Origin: Candidatus Marinacidobacterales bacterium
Lineage (GTDB): Bacteria > Acidobacteriota > Vicinamibacteria > Marinacidobacterales > DATDRI01
DNA: 64,000 bases
Reading direction: 5' to 3'
NCBI GenBank assembly: GCA_965226495.1
Contig: OZ245365.1
Location: 5,344,001-5,408,000, forward strand
Shown: one piece after another, positions 28,797 to 39,794 of the stretch
Layout: each line of letters begins with the position of its first letter
Numbering within the stretch: position 1 is the first letter of the stretch
Position numbers and translations under genes: made by a program
The notes under the pieces: generated by a model
Seen by the model: the letters and a program-made list of their open reading frames with translations, nothing else
What the model was told of the DNA's origin: nothing
Databases searched by the model: none

Positions 28797-30764
28797 TTGG
28801 AGATGGCCGGCGCCGACGAAGAAACCAACCGACAAAGCTTTGGTGTCCACAGCCTAACTTGGCGGCTCGTCGCTTGGATTCTCGGGAGCGTCGGTCTCGT
28901 CTTCCTTGGGACCCTGCTATACTCCGATGCACTCTCACGTGACTTGATCGTCGCTGCCGCGGGAAGCGAAGCGGCCAACGTCACACGCGCGTACGTCAAG
29001 GACATCCAAAACGGGCTCCAATCGATCGAGGGCCGAACGGAGCTTCTCGCCGAAGTGGTCGGCACGGTGTCTCCACCGCAAGAGGAACTGGGCGAGATTC
29101 TTCGAACGTTTGTTTCCGGCAGCGAGGCCATTTACGGGTCCACCGTTGCCTTTACGCCTGGTGGTTTCCGGCAGGACGTGCAGCATTTCGCACCGTACTA
29201 TTACCAGGACGGCGAAGAAATAGCCTACAAGGATCTCGCCGATGACTCCTACCGTTATTGGGAGTGGGATTGGTACACCTCGGTCGCTTCGTCGAAGCAA
29301 CCCCGGTGGTCCGAACCCTACGTCGATGAGGGCGGGGGTAACGCGCGAATGGTGACCTACTCCGTGCCGTTCTTTCTGGGCGGTGATGAGACCCAAGAGC
29401 TCAGAGGCGTATTGACCGCCGATGTTTCCCTCGAATGGCTCCACCAGCGTATGAAAACTCTTCGCGTCGGCGAGACAGGCTATGGCGCCATCCTTTCCCA
29501 GCGTGGCTACGTGATATCCCACCCCGATGAAACGCTGCTGCGCCACCAAACCGTCGCCGAGTTGGAAGAGCGGGATCCGGCGCCCGAGGTCGTTGCGATC
29601 GTGGAGCGGATGATGAGAGGTGAGTCCGGCTTCGAGCCCATTCATGACCGCCATCTCGGCAAGCCGGCGCGTATGACCTACGCACCTATTGGACACGCCG
29701 GTTGGTCGCTGGCGGTGGTCTACCCGGAAGACGAGCTCATGGCGGACGTCAACTTCGTCAATCGGAGACAATCGGTTCTATTGATAGTAGGCCTGCTGGC
29801 TCTCGTCGCGGTCGTGATCGCGCTTTCTAGGCGTATGACCAAACCGATCAGAGCGCTCGCCGGAAGCGCTGGTCGTATCGCCACCGGCGATTTGGACCTC
29901 GAGCTGCCGACCTCGCAATCGGAGGATGAGATCGGGGCCTTGACGCGTGCCTTCGGCAACATGCGCGATTCGCTCAAGACCTACATCCGCAACCTGAAAG
30001 AGACCACCGCGGCCAAGGAACGTCTCGAAAGCGAGCTCAAGCTCGCACGGAAGATCCAGATGGATATGCTCCCCAAGGGCAAGCTCGGCGGCGATCAGGA
30101 GGGTTTCGAGCTCGCGGCGACGCTGATTTCGGCACGGGACGTCGGCGGTGACCTCTACTACCACTTTCAGGATGACGGCCGTGTCGCTTTTCTGGTGGGG
30201 GACGTTTCTGGAAAAGGCGTGCCCGCGGCTCTGTTCATGGCACGCACGAAAACGCTCTTCGAAACAATCGCGCGGAGTGCCGGTGAGGTCGGTGAGGCCC
30301 TCGCGATCGTCAACCAGAGCCTCTGCCGCGAGAACGAGGCGGGAATGTTCGTGACGGTGTTCGCCGGTGTTTTTGATCCCTCTACGGGAAAGCTACGGTG
30401 CGCAGCAGGAGGGCATGACCCCCCGGCGCTATTACCGGGGGATGGCACGGCGCCGCGTTTTCTCGATCTCGAGGGCGGTCCATTGCTGGGACTTTTGGAG
30501 GTGGCGGAGTTTCCGACTCACGAAGTCGAGCTTTCTTCGCAGGATTCCATCGTGATCTCCACCGATGGTGTCTCGGAAGCAAGAAACGCGGGGGGGGATT
30601 TCTTTGGCGAAGAGAGACTCCTCGCTACTCTCACTAACATGGGCGGCGCCAGCGCGTCCGAGATCTCCGAGAAACTGCTCATAGCGGTCCGCGACTATGC
30701 CGGCAACGCACCCCAGTCGGACGACATCACGATCATGACGCTGCGCTACGCCCCCGTCGGTTGA
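28797..30764 (+). CDS. SpoIIE/PP2C phosphatase with Cache sensor and HAMP domain
   Basis: TM, Cache (WDWY, WSEPYVD), TM, HAMP; VGGDLY, GDVSGKG, TDGVSEA, SDDIT. Confidence 0.92.
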   Translation: MEMAGADEETNRQSFGVHSLTWRLVAWILGSVGLVFLGTLLYSDALSRDLIVAAAGSEAANVTRAYVKDIQNGLQSIEGRTELLAEVVGTVSPPQEELGEILRTFVSGSEAIYGSTVAFTPGGFRQDVQHFAPYYYQDGEEIAYKDLADDSYRYWEWDWYTSVASSKQPRWSEPYVDEGGGNARMVTYSVPFFLGGDETQELRGVLTADVSLEWLHQRMKTLRVGETGYGAILSQRGYVISHPDETLLRHQTVAELEERDPAPEVVAIVERMMRGESGFEPIHDRHLGKPARMTYAPIGHAGWSLAVVYPEDELMADVNFVNRRQSVLLIVGLLALVAVVIALSRRMTKPIRALAGSAGRIATGDLDLELPTSQSEDEIGALTRAFGNMRDSLKTYIRNLKETTAAKERLESELKLARKIQMDMLPKGKLGGDQEGFELAATLISARDVGGDLYYHFQDDGRVAFLVGDVSGKGVPAALFMARTKTLFETIARSAGEVGEALAIVNQSLCRENEAGMFVTVFAGVFDPSTGKLRCAAGGHDPPALLPGDGTAPRFLDLEGGPLLGLLEVAEFPTHEVELSSQDSIVISTDGVSEARNAGGDFFGEERLLATLTNMGGASASEISEKLLIAVRDYAGNAPQSDDITIMTLRYAPVG

Positions 30765-30768
30765 AGCT

Positions 30769-31176
30769 GTGAAGCACCTCTTCGAGCTGACCCAACCCAG
30801 CGAACTGGCGTCGGTTCTGGACGCGCTTACGTCCGCGGTCTCGGAAGGGACGGAAAGCAAGGACCTCGCCGGTGAGATGCGACTCATCGCGGAAGAGGCC
30901 CTAACCAATGTCCTGAAATACGCCTATAGGGAGAGCGAGCCGCGGGGTGCAAGGGTCGTTTTGTCGGTGGATACTAAAGAAGTTGGTCTCGAGATCCGGG
31001 ACCAAGGGCGGCCCTTCGACCCCCTCGCGCAGCCACCGCCCGAGTTGGACGCACCCATCGAGGAGCGCGAGGAGGGTGGCCTCGGGATTCACTTGATCAA
31101 ATCGCTGGCGGACAGCGCGGCCTACGCCCGAGAGGGTGAAACGAACGTCCTACGAATCACGAAACGTCGGTTATAA
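30769..31176 (+). CDS. Anti-sigma factor/Ser kinase (RsbW-like)
   Basis: EEALTNVLKYAY, IRDQGRPFDP, GGLGIHLI. Confidence 0.9.
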   Translation: MKHLFELTQPSELASVLDALTSAVSEGTESKDLAGEMRLIAEEALTNVLKYAYRESEPRGARVVLSVDTKEVGLEIRDQGRPFDPLAQPPPELDAPIEEREEGGLGIHLIKSLADSAAYAREGETNVLRITKRRL

Positions 31177-31205
31177 TAATCGCGGAGAGAGGAGTCGAGA
31201 CGCCA

Positions 31206-31580
31206 ATGTCGCTGAACATACGCACCGAGGACACAAGGTCCTTTACAAAAACGATCTATCTAAAGGGAAGTCTGGACACCGAAACCGTTTCGACTTTCGA
31301 CCAAGAGCTCGATGCAGTGCTGGGGTCGCCCCTCAAGGTGCTGGTACTCGACCTGAGCGAGCTCGACTACCTCAGCAGCACTGGCATTCGCTCCCTGTTC
31401 CGAGCCCAGAAGTCGATGAAGGCCCGAGCGGGAGAGGCCCTTATCGTAAACCCCCAGCCCTCGGTTCAGAAGGTGTTCGACATCGTGAAGGCCGTCGACC
31501 TAAAGGCCGTCTTCTCGAGTGTCCAAGAGCTGGATAAGTACCTCGACGCGATCCAGCACAAAATGAAGGAAGAAGAATAG
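31206..31580 (+). CDS. STAS anti-sigma factor antagonist
   Basis: LKGSLD, LDLSELDYLSSTGIR. Confidence 0.9.
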   Translation: MSLNIRTEDTRSFTKTIYLKGSLDTETVSTFDQELDAVLGSPLKVLVLDLSELDYLSSTGIRSLFRAQKSMKARAGEALIVNPQPSVQKVFDIVKAVDLKAVFSSVQELDKYLDAIQHKMKEEE

Positions 31581-31599
31581 GCTGTTCGTCGATCAAGAC

Positions 31600-32949
31600 T
31601 TACTGATTGACGTAACCTAGAGACTTCAGGGTTTCCTCCAGCTCGTCGTCTACTTCCACCTGAATAGCCTCGGGATTTTCTCTTACTTCACGTTCCTTGA
31701 ACTTCTGGAGCGCCGCCACCAACCTCGCCCCCGGAACGTCTCGATGGCGATGATACACGTTCCGCTTCTCGCCAGGATCGGACCGATGATCAAAGAGCTC
31801 CCGCTTCCCGTCCGGCTGCTCGATCAGCTTCCAATAGCGGTGCATCGCAGCCCAGAGCTCGGGTTGCGGCTCGCCGCCACCGACTCGATGTGCGAACAGT
31901 ATGCGACGCCGGAGCGCTTCGGCCAGCTCTTCGGAGCCGTCGTCGTTTTTCAACAAGGGGACTAGTGAAATTCCCTCTTCGTCACCCACCAGCTTGCCAC
32001 CTGCGAGGTCCATCAAGGTTGGCAATACGTCGATAAGGCTCACATTCGTCGCCGCAATGCGCCTCGGCTCAACTCCCAATGCCGGCGCGTGGAACATCAT
32101 CACGACGCGATTGAGCTCTACGAAGAGTCTCCCCCAGTGTTCCAAGCCTCCGTGATCACGGAACTCTTCTCCATGGTCAGACAGGACGACGGTAACCGTC
32201 TCTTTACCCAAGCCCAAGGTCTCATGGATCTTCCGAATGTGCGCGTCGACGTATCCTAACTCACTAAGATACCTCGCCCGACGATCCTCGAGCTTCCCCT
32301 CTTGCTTTTCGTAATACGGCTCGCGCGCATGATAGGGGACGTGGACATCATTCAAATGAAGATACAGAAAGAACGCTTTCGAAGCTAAAATTTCCTCTTT
32401 CCACGCTTCCACGCGTTCGAGGACGACGCCCGCCGAAGACTTTCTGATCTGTTCGAAACGATCGAAGCCGCGACTAAAACCGATCTCGTCACCGATGTTG
32501 ACGTTGGTCGCGATTCCGAAGGTGCCATAGCCCATTGACTGAAATAGTTCCGGGAGCAGTGCGCGATCGGACGGCAAGCGGTTGAGCGGAATGATCTCCT
32601 TTCCCCCTTGTTCCCGCCGCCTCGTCCGTACGTGGTGCATCATGAAACCCTCGACGACCCCATGCTGCGGAGGGTAGAGAGATGTGAAGAGCGACGAGGT
32701 ACTGGGGGCTGTCCAGGATGACGTCGAAAAGGCGCGTTCGAAGACCACCGACTCGTTGGCCAACCCCGCCAAGAAGGGCGCCATCTCCTTTTCGTAGCCA
32801 TAGAAGCCCAAATAGTCCGGGCGGAGGGTGTCGAGGAGAATCACCACCACGTTCGGTCGCTGCGGTGGCTCGCCCGGCGCGCAACTACATGTTGCAAGCA
32901 TCGCGAACAGCAGCATCCGAACGATCCGGTTCGAGGCGTCTGGTTCCAT
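31600..32949 (-). CDS. Sulfatase-like/alkaline phosphatase superfamily protein (probable lipoprotein)
   Basis: [42 protein letters not shown]. Confidence 0.88.
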   Translation of the reverse strand: MEPDASNRIVRMLLFAMLATCSCAPGEPPQRPNVVVILLDTLRPDYLGFYGYEKEMAPFLAGLANESVVFERAFSTSSWTAPSTSSLFTSLYPPQHGVVEGFMMHHVRTRRREQGGKEIIPLNRLPSDRALLPELFQSMGYGTFGIATNVNIGDEIGFSRGFDRFEQIRKSSAGVVLERVEAWKEEILASKAFFLYLHLNDVHVPYHAREPYYEKQEGKLEDRRARYLSELGYVDAHIRKIHETLGLGKETVTVVLSDHGEEFRDHGGLEHWGRLFVELNRVVMMFHAPALGVEPRRIAATNVSLIDVLPTLMDLAGGKLVGDEEGISLVPLLKNDDGSEELAEALRRRILFAHRVGGGEPQPELWAAMHRYWKLIEQPDGKRELFDHRSDPGEKRNVYHRHRDVPGARLVAALQKFKEREVRENPEAIQVEVDDELEETLKSLGYVNQ

Positions 32950-33028
32950 GCGGTTAACCCTTTCGCCCGACATGCTAGCACCGGCCGGGAACTTTTCCGA
33001 GCGCCCGACCGTTAACAGTTCTAGCACT

Positions 33029-35479
33029 ATGAAACTAAGATACGTCTTGCGTAAACTCGCTATAACCCCTTTATTTACAGCCGTCTCGGTGCTGACGCTC
33101 GCACTCGGCATCGGCGCCAATACGGCCATTTTCAGTGTCGTCAACGGGGTCTTGCTGAAGCCCCTCCCCTTCGACGATCCGGAGGCCCTGGTCGGTGCCT
33201 GGCACACCGCACCCGGCCTCGGCTTCGATGAGGTCAATCAGTCACCCGCAACGTATTTCACCTATCGGGAAGAGAGCCGAACGTTTGAAGACATCGGCAT
33301 GTGGGACAACAGCCAGGTCTCGGTCACCGGGCTCGAGGAGCCCGAAGAGGTCGAAGCGGTGCGGGTAAGCGACGGTACCTTTCCCATCCTTCGCGTCCAC
33401 GCGGAGATAGGGCGAGTCTTCAGCCGGGAGGACGACTCCCCCGACGCACCGGAGACGGTCATCCTCGGCCATGGGTACTGGCAAGCGCGCTTCGGCGGAG
33501 ATCGGGACGTTCTCGGCAAGACGCTTCGAGTCGACGGAAAGCCCAGAGAAATCATCGGGGTCATGCCGGCCAACCTGCGGTTTCTGCGTTTCGACCCAGC
33601 GGTTTACTTGCCCTTCCAGTGGGACCGCGCCGAAGTCTTCATGGGGAACTTTAGTTACCAGGCGCTCGCACGCCTAAAACCCGGCGCCACCGTCGAGCAA
33701 GCGAATGCCGATGTGGATCGCATGATCCCGATGGCGGTGGAGAAGTTCCCGAAAGGGATCACACTCGCCAATCTACGCGAGGCCCGAGTCGGCCCGCTGA
33801 TCCGTCCCCTCAAAGAGGATGTGGTCGGAGACATCGGTAACGTGCTCTGGGTACTGCTGGGAACGGTGGGGGTGGTCCTTCTTGTCGCGTGTGCCAACGT
33901 CGCGAACCTCTTTCTCGTTCGGGCAGAAGGCCGGCAGCAAGAGCTGGCCGTTCGGACAGCCTTGGGGGCGGACCGGCGCCAACTCGCAAAAGAGTTGCTG
34001 CTCGAGAGCATCGCGCTAGGCATCCTGGGTGGACTGGCGGGATTGGTGTTCGCCTATGGCGGGATCCGACTCCTGGTCGCCATGGGCGCGGATAGCCTAC
34101 CGAGACTCGATGAGATCGCGATCGACCCCCTGGTTCTATTGTTTACCCTCGGGATCTCGCTCTTGGCGGGGTTGCTTCTCGGACTCCTCCCCGTCTTCAA
34201 GTTCCGCAGCCTCAACCTCGTGTCGGCCCTGAAAGAAGGAGGTCGCGGAGGAAGCGAAGGGAAGGAGCGTCACCGAGCGAGGAGCGTTTTGGTTGTCTCG
34301 CAGATTGCGCTTGCGTTGATTCTACTGATTGCTTCAGGTCTCATGATCCGAAGTTTTCAAGCCTTGAAGCGCGTGCACCCCGGATTCGAGCAACCGGAGG
34401 AGGTTTTGACACTCCGCCTCTTCATTCCCGAAGCCGAGGTCGAGGACAAAGTCAAAGTGGCACGGACTCACCAGCAGATCCTGGAACGAATCAAGGCCAT
34501 CCCTGGCGTCGACTCGGTGGGTCTTTCTTCCTCGATCACGATGGATGGTTGGGACAGCAACGACGCGGTTTACGTAGAGGGTTTCCTTCCCGCGTCGGAA
34601 GATCAGCTCCCGCCTATTCGTCGTTTCAAGTGGGTCTCCGAGAATTACTTCGAGACCATGGGGAATCCCGTGTTAGCAGGGCGCTCCATCACTTGGGCCG
34701 ACATCTACAGTTATGTACCGGTCGTCGTGGTAACGGAGAACTTCGCCCGCGAGTATTGGGAAGAGCCGGCGAAGGCGATCGGAAAGCGTATAAGGCAGAA
34801 CAAGGATAACCCCTGGCGAGAGATCATCGGCGTTGTTGGCAACGTGCACGACGACGGAGTCAGCGAAGAAGCGACGGCGGTGATCTACTGGCCAATGATC
34901 GTCAAAGACTTTTGGGACGAGGAGCTCGTCACGCGCCGAGCGATGGCCTACGCGATCCGAACCGATCGCACCGCGTCACCGAGCCTCCTCAAGGAGGTAC
35001 GGCAAGCGGTCTGGTCGGTGAACCCCAACCTTCCGCTCGCCAACGTCGCCACGCTCACTGAGATCCACCAGGAATCGATGGCCCGGACATCTTTTACGCT
35101 GATCCTGCTCGGCATCGCGGCCGGTCTCGCTCTTCTCCTAGGCGCGGTCGGGATCTACGGCGTCATCTCCTACGTGGTCTCACAACGCACGCAGGAGATC
35201 GGCGTTCGGATCGCGCTCGGCGCGAGCAACGTGGACGTGATCCGTTTGGTCCTTCGTCAAGGCCTACTTCTGACCGGAACCGGGTTGTTGCTGGGACTCG
35301 CCGTCTCGGTGGGTCTCACCCGACTCATGGCGGCGCTGCTCTTCGGCGTGAGCCCCGCGGACCCATTGACCTATAGTACGGTTTCCGCGGGCCTCGCGGG
35401 CGTCGCGCTTCTGGCCAGCTACTTGCCGGCGCGACGCGCCGCCGGCCTAGACCCAACCGAGGCCCTAAGATGGGAATGA
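33029..35479 (+). CDS. ADOP-type duplicated MacB/FtsX-like ABC permease
   Basis: [54 protein letters not shown]. Confidence 0.93.
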   Translation: MKLRYVLRKLAITPLFTAVSVLTLALGIGANTAIFSVVNGVLLKPLPFDDPEALVGAWHTAPGLGFDEVNQSPATYFTYREESRTFEDIGMWDNSQVSVTGLEEPEEVEAVRVSDGTFPILRVHAEIGRVFSREDDSPDAPETVILGHGYWQARFGGDRDVLGKTLRVDGKPREIIGVMPANLRFLRFDPAVYLPFQWDRAEVFMGNFSYQALARLKPGATVEQANADVDRMIPMAVEKFPKGITLANLREARVGPLIRPLKEDVVGDIGNVLWVLLGTVGVVLLVACANVANLFLVRAEGRQQELAVRTALGADRRQLAKELLLESIALGILGGLAGLVFAYGGIRLLVAMGADSLPRLDEIAIDPLVLLFTLGISLLAGLLLGLLPVFKFRSLNLVSALKEGGRGGSEGKERHRARSVLVVSQIALALILLIASGLMIRSFQALKRVHPGFEQPEEVLTLRLFIPEAEVEDKVKVARTHQQILERIKAIPGVDSVGLSSSITMDGWDSNDAVYVEGFLPASEDQLPPIRRFKWVSENYFETMGNPVLAGRSITWADIYSYVPVVVVTENFAREYWEEPAKAIGKRIRQNKDNPWREIIGVVGNVHDDGVSEEATAVIYWPMIVKDFWDEELVTRRAMAYAIRTDRTASPSLLKEVRQAVWSVNPNLPLANVATLTEIHQESMARTSFTLILLGIAAGLALLLGAVGIYGVISYVVSQRTQEIGVRIALGASNVDVIRLVLRQGLLLTGTGLLLGLAVSVGLTRLMAALLFGVSPADPLTYSTVSAGLAGVALLASYLPARRAAGLDPTEALRWE

Positions 35480-35498
35480 CACGTGAGTAGTTAAGAGG

Positions 35499-37645
35499 TC
35501 AATCGACCCATCCCAGCACATTGCGGGCAACCGACCAACGAGGCTCCGTTTCCTCGGCGTCTTTCCCCAGGACCCAATAATCGAAGAGCTCCCGGAGGGT
35601 CCCATCTTTCGTTTTGAGCTCGATCCACGTATCGAGAAACGCTGCCATCTCCTGGTCACCTCCCGCCACCACGTAGACCAGGGGCAGCTTGAGCGGATCG
35701 GGCTGCGGCACCACCACAGAGTACTCCGGATACAGAAGGCTCCATGCCGACCCGCGCTCGGCCGTCATGACCCCGGCATCCACCTCATCGCCTAGCTCGT
35801 CGAAGAACTCGGAGATCGTATCGATCGTCCTCACCTTGGCGTCTGGTAAGAGTCTTCGAATCCTCACGGTGATCTCTTGAAACGGCATGGTCGCGATCGT
35901 AACCGCGCCTAGCTTCCTAGCGGACTGCCAATCGCGAAATTCCGCGCGACGATGATCTTTGACTATGAAAGCCAGGGTCTCATCCATATAAGCCTGAGAC
36001 AGCGTCATGAGACGCGCCCGTTTCGTTGTCACCGCGAATCCCGACATGATGACGTCCCACCGGCTTCCATCTAGCTCTTCGAACAACTTGGTCCGATCGA
36101 CCGGAACGAACTCGAGCTCGACACCGAGCTCTCCGGCCAACTGGTGAGCCATATCCACATCGAATCCGACGAGATCTCCCGCGCCGTTAAAGAAGGCATA
36201 GGGTAGGCTGTCCAAGAAGAATCCCACCCTCAAGAATCCTCTCTCTTCGATCAGTTCCAAACGACTGAGACGATCGGAGAGCGGGAGCGGTTCCGGCGGG
36301 GCGTCACGGTATACCCGCACCGACGCCGGGGTTCGGACGAGGTGCATCCCTGCAATGATCTGATCCTGGTCGTATTGCTGATGGAGCGAGTGGCTGAACA
36401 TGAAACGGGCCCCGCCTATGGTCACGATCGTCAAAGCCAGGCTGACACCCAGATAGCGGAAGACCCTTCGCACGTTGAACGTCAGCACTCCGAGAACGGC
36501 GCAAACTCCGACCCACGCTACGGTCACGGTGTGCATCGCAGCAACGAGAGTGCCGAACCGAGACTGGACGATGTCCGTCGTCACGTAGAGCTCGAACAAG
36601 TCCGCCGGTATCTCGAAGAGATCCAGAAGAAACGGGATGGCCGCGTGGGTGCTTCCGAATAGAGTCACGAGGCCGGTCAATGCCAGCTTCGGATACTCTG
36701 ATACTGCGACGACCGACTCGGAGAACCATCCCGCGAAAAGGACGAAACTCAGCGTCAACAGCTTGCCGATGTGAGGAAAGTTGAAAGAAGAAGAAACGAT
36801 GACGTCGGTGACGTCGTCCGACTCATGAGATACCAGCTTGTGCCGGTGCAGAAGCTCCTTACTTTTGTCCATGAGAATGGGCAAGACGACAAACAGACTG
36901 CCGGTCATGAACGCGGTAATGAGCGCATCCTTCGTTTGAACGATCACTTCGCCATGCTTGATGGGAGTCACAATAGAAATCAACCCCGGAAGTAACCAGA
37001 GCGTGATCAGCAGTGCCACCGCCACATAGATGATGAGATAGACCTGAATGCGTCCAAACTCGTGGACCGTCATCGTACCCGCGGCGTTAGAGGCGATGGC
37101 GAAGATGCCGAATGGTGTCAATTGGACGACGAGGTGGTTAGCTCGGGAAATCGTCCTCTGGATGGTGTGAAGTGTGTCGAGGAGTCCCTCCTGCTTTTCC
37201 ACGCCGATCAATGCCGCTCCTAGGAGCACGCTGAACAAGACCACCGCAGGAACGACGGCATTTGCCAAAGAATGAAACGGGTTGGCAGGAATATAGAGCT
37301 CGAGAAAATTAAAGGGCTCGCTACGCTCCAGCAAGCTCGCGCTGAAAAACGACGCAGTCTCCCAAAGGAGGGAAGGCTAGCGGCATGAGGAACACCATCG
37401 CCAGCCCCAATATCCAGCGCGACCAGCACCGCACCGACTCTTCGGACCATGAGGACAGCGTGCTTGTAGTCCAGACTTCCGATTCCCACGATCAAAGAAA
37501 CCGTGACATAGGGGAGCACCGTCATATGGAGAAGCTCTATGAATGCCTCGGCGGGATAGTGCATGAACACCATGGACTCGCCGAAGAAGACACCAAGGGT
37601 GATGCCAGAAGCGAGTCCAACGTAGATCTTGGTCGAGAAGCTCAT
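35499..37645 (-). pseudogene. DAACS symporter fused to a C-terminal family-3 SBP, two frameshifts near 37365-37415
   Basis: The N-part (37645) and C-part (37334) join via ILGLAMVFLMPLAFPP and WETASFFS in shifted frames; the SBP has PYAF and GFDVDMA. Confidence 0.8.
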
Positions 37646-37697
37646 GAGAAGCGTTCGCGCGCCGGGAGCTTACACCTCTTGGTGCACTCGCCGCCAC

Positions 37698-39707
37698 TTA
37701 CGGACACGCGTAAGGCTCCCTTGTCAACGCATCCCAGATCTCACCCAACGACGTGTTCACGCACCACGCGCGCTCATGGAGGGCGCTCCATACGCCGCCC
37801 GCCTTCGCCCGCGCCTTGATAGTCATTCGGGATCCGCGAAGCGTGATCTCTTCTGCGTTCTCAGCGAGACGAGCGCTTGCGGCCGCTTCCCCTCCCGATA
37901 CACGAGGATCGACCCCGTCAATCGTATAGAAGATCCGCCCCCTCGGATTGGGATTGTGTAGTCGCGTAGAAGGCGCCGACAGAAACCCCGGACGAGTGGT
38001 ATCGAATTCGGGTGGATCGAGACGCGGATAATAGCCTTCCTGGCGAAGCACCTTTATGAGGCGCTCGACGCTCCCGGTCATCATCGTTTCGACCCTCTCC
38101 ACCTCCGTGTAAAAAGTGTTCTCCCGAGTTCGCGTGGTCGCACCTAGCCCCTTACGTGCATCTCCCCAGCGAGCCGACTCCGCTACCACCGCATCCTCGA
38201 TGAAATCGCTGAGAGCCCGCCACCTCGCTATCGAATTCTCCTCGGTAAGGGCGCCACCATGGAAACAGTGCTTGAAGACTCGATCGGCGAAGATCGTCAT
38301 GAACTCGGGACTCTTCCGAAGCGCGTGCCAGATTCCTACCATAGCCTGGTCCTGACGATCCTCCGACGAGCGAAAAGGCTCCTGAAGGTTCCAGGCGGAG
38401 CCAGAGTCGCGGCGAGCCCCATCGGGGCGACGCATACTAACCCAGCTCACTTCCGCATCCCACACAAAGAATCGAAATGGAGAGGCCGGGTGATTGCGAT
38501 TGCCCCCGTACCAGTTGTTCCTGGGCCAGTCGCCGAAGCCGGCCATGAACGCTAGAACCATGTAGTCGGCGAACCATTCGATATCGAGATACTCTTGCAC
38601 CTCACCATAGTTGTCGGGGTCGCGAAGGTCCTTATCCTTGAGCGAGCCCCGAAGATAGTCCCACCGCCCGGGGTGACCTTGGAACGGCCCGCGGTGGTTG
38701 ACCGCAAACCAATCTTCCTTTGCCCCTCCAAAGGTGGCCGACGTAAACCAGGCGTCTGGCCGCTCGCAGGCGTTATAGAGCCCCCAGTAGAGGCCGTTGA
38801 TGTATAGATGAACGAAGGTTCCGTGCGGCCCCGAGCCGGACATTGCGATCTGTGAATCCCGAGCCCATTGGTCTCGGACATACGTGGTTCGGTTTGGCAA
38901 GAAATTCATGGCAAACGAACGGATCGTCCCTGATCGCAAGACGATTCGGTCCAAAGTGTCGGTCGCCGAGTCACCGTTGAAGACGGCGTTGTCCTGGAAG
39001 AATGTCGTTTTCAGCTTCGCCGGGCCAAACTCTTTCTTGAACTTGAGCTTCAAGGAACGCTTCACCCCGGCGGCCGCGTGGGACTCCAAGGCGCAATTCT
39101 CTTGGAAGCTCCGTCCCGGGTGGTTCGGGTAAATGAACTCCGCAGACGCTTTTCGCGTGCGCCCGTCGTCGCGACTGGCGAAGTAGATCCCATCTACTCC
39201 GAACATGGCCGTCCGGTCGACGGCCAAAGACAACGTCGGGATCGACTTCAGCCCTCGAATGAGCGTTGCCCTCTGACTCGGATCGTCGACGATGTCGGGA
39301 TCCATTTCATAATCGAGCTCGACCGTCGTGTCCCTCCCCGCCGGAAGCAAGGGGGTCGGATAGCCTGCGACCTGCTTCGGCTGCCGAATCACGTCGTCTA
39401 GAAAGATGTAGGTTTGAGTATCTACGTTGCTCGGAAGTTTGCCTTGGGCGTAGGCGATGGCTCGTAACACAGTCGTCTCGGAAATGTCGACCGAAACGGG
39501 GTTTCGACCGCCCCTTCCATGGTCGGGTCCGGGGAGACTGCCGTCTGTGGTGTAACGGAGGAGAGAGCCTTCCGTTTCGGATTGGATAACCACCGTGAAT
39601 CCCACGGAGTAAAACCCTCGCTTGTAGTTGAACCTTGTGTCGGCCACCTGCTCCATCGAGCTGGCGATCCCGGAGGCCAGGAAAAGCGATGCGGCGAGCC
39701 AGATCAT
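37698..39707 (-). CDS. Secreted CotH-like kinase with flanking Fn3-associated domains (paralog 1)
   Basis: Signal peptide; RYTTDGSLP; HLYINGLYWGLYNACERPD, DWPRNNW, FFVWDAE; FYTIDGVDPR. Confidence 0.85.
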   Translation of the reverse strand: MIWLAASLFLASGIASSMEQVADTRFNYKRGFYSVGFTVVIQSETEGSLLRYTTDGSLPGPDHGRGGRNPVSVDISETTVLRAIAYAQGKLPSNVDTQTYIFLDDVIRQPKQVAGYPTPLLPAGRDTTVELDYEMDPDIVDDPSQRATLIRGLKSIPTLSLAVDRTAMFGVDGIYFASRDDGRTRKASAEFIYPNHPGRSFQENCALESHAAAGVKRSLKLKFKKEFGPAKLKTTFFQDNAVFNGDSATDTLDRIVLRSGTIRSFAMNFLPNRTTYVRDQWARDSQIAMSGSGPHGTFVHLYINGLYWGLYNACERPDAWFTSATFGGAKEDWFAVNHRGPFQGHPGRWDYLRGSLKDKDLRDPDNYGEVQEYLDIEWFADYMVLAFMAGFGDWPRNNWYGGNRNHPASPFRFFVWDAEVSWVSMRRPDGARRDSGSAWNLQEPFRSSEDRQDQAMVGIWHALRKSPEFMTIFADRVFKHCFHGGALTEENSIARWRALSDFIEDAVVAESARWGDARKGLGATTRTRENTFYTEVERVETMMTGSVERLIKVLRQEGYYPRLDPPEFDTTRPGFLSAPSTRLHNPNPRGRIFYTIDGVDPRVSGGEAAASARLAENAEEITLRGSRMTIKARAKAGGVWSALHERAWCVNTSLGEIWDALTREPYACP

Positions 39708-39794
39708 CGGCCTGATTATAGGCTGACTCGTGCGGTTGAAGCGGCGGCTTGCCCGTTAGAAGCGGCTAGACTAACATCGCTCGACTCGAAGGCT

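Noticed and set aside
28935-29771. Long antisense ORFs (also 10790-11608, 7344-8015, 13724-14521)
   Set aside because: They overlap well-supported genes, lack motifs, and are expected in GC-rich DNA.
32828-33237. Overlapping N-terminal extensions of the sulfatase-like and ADOP ORFs
   Set aside because: Mutual antisense read-through; plausible starts are 32949 (-) and 33029 (+).
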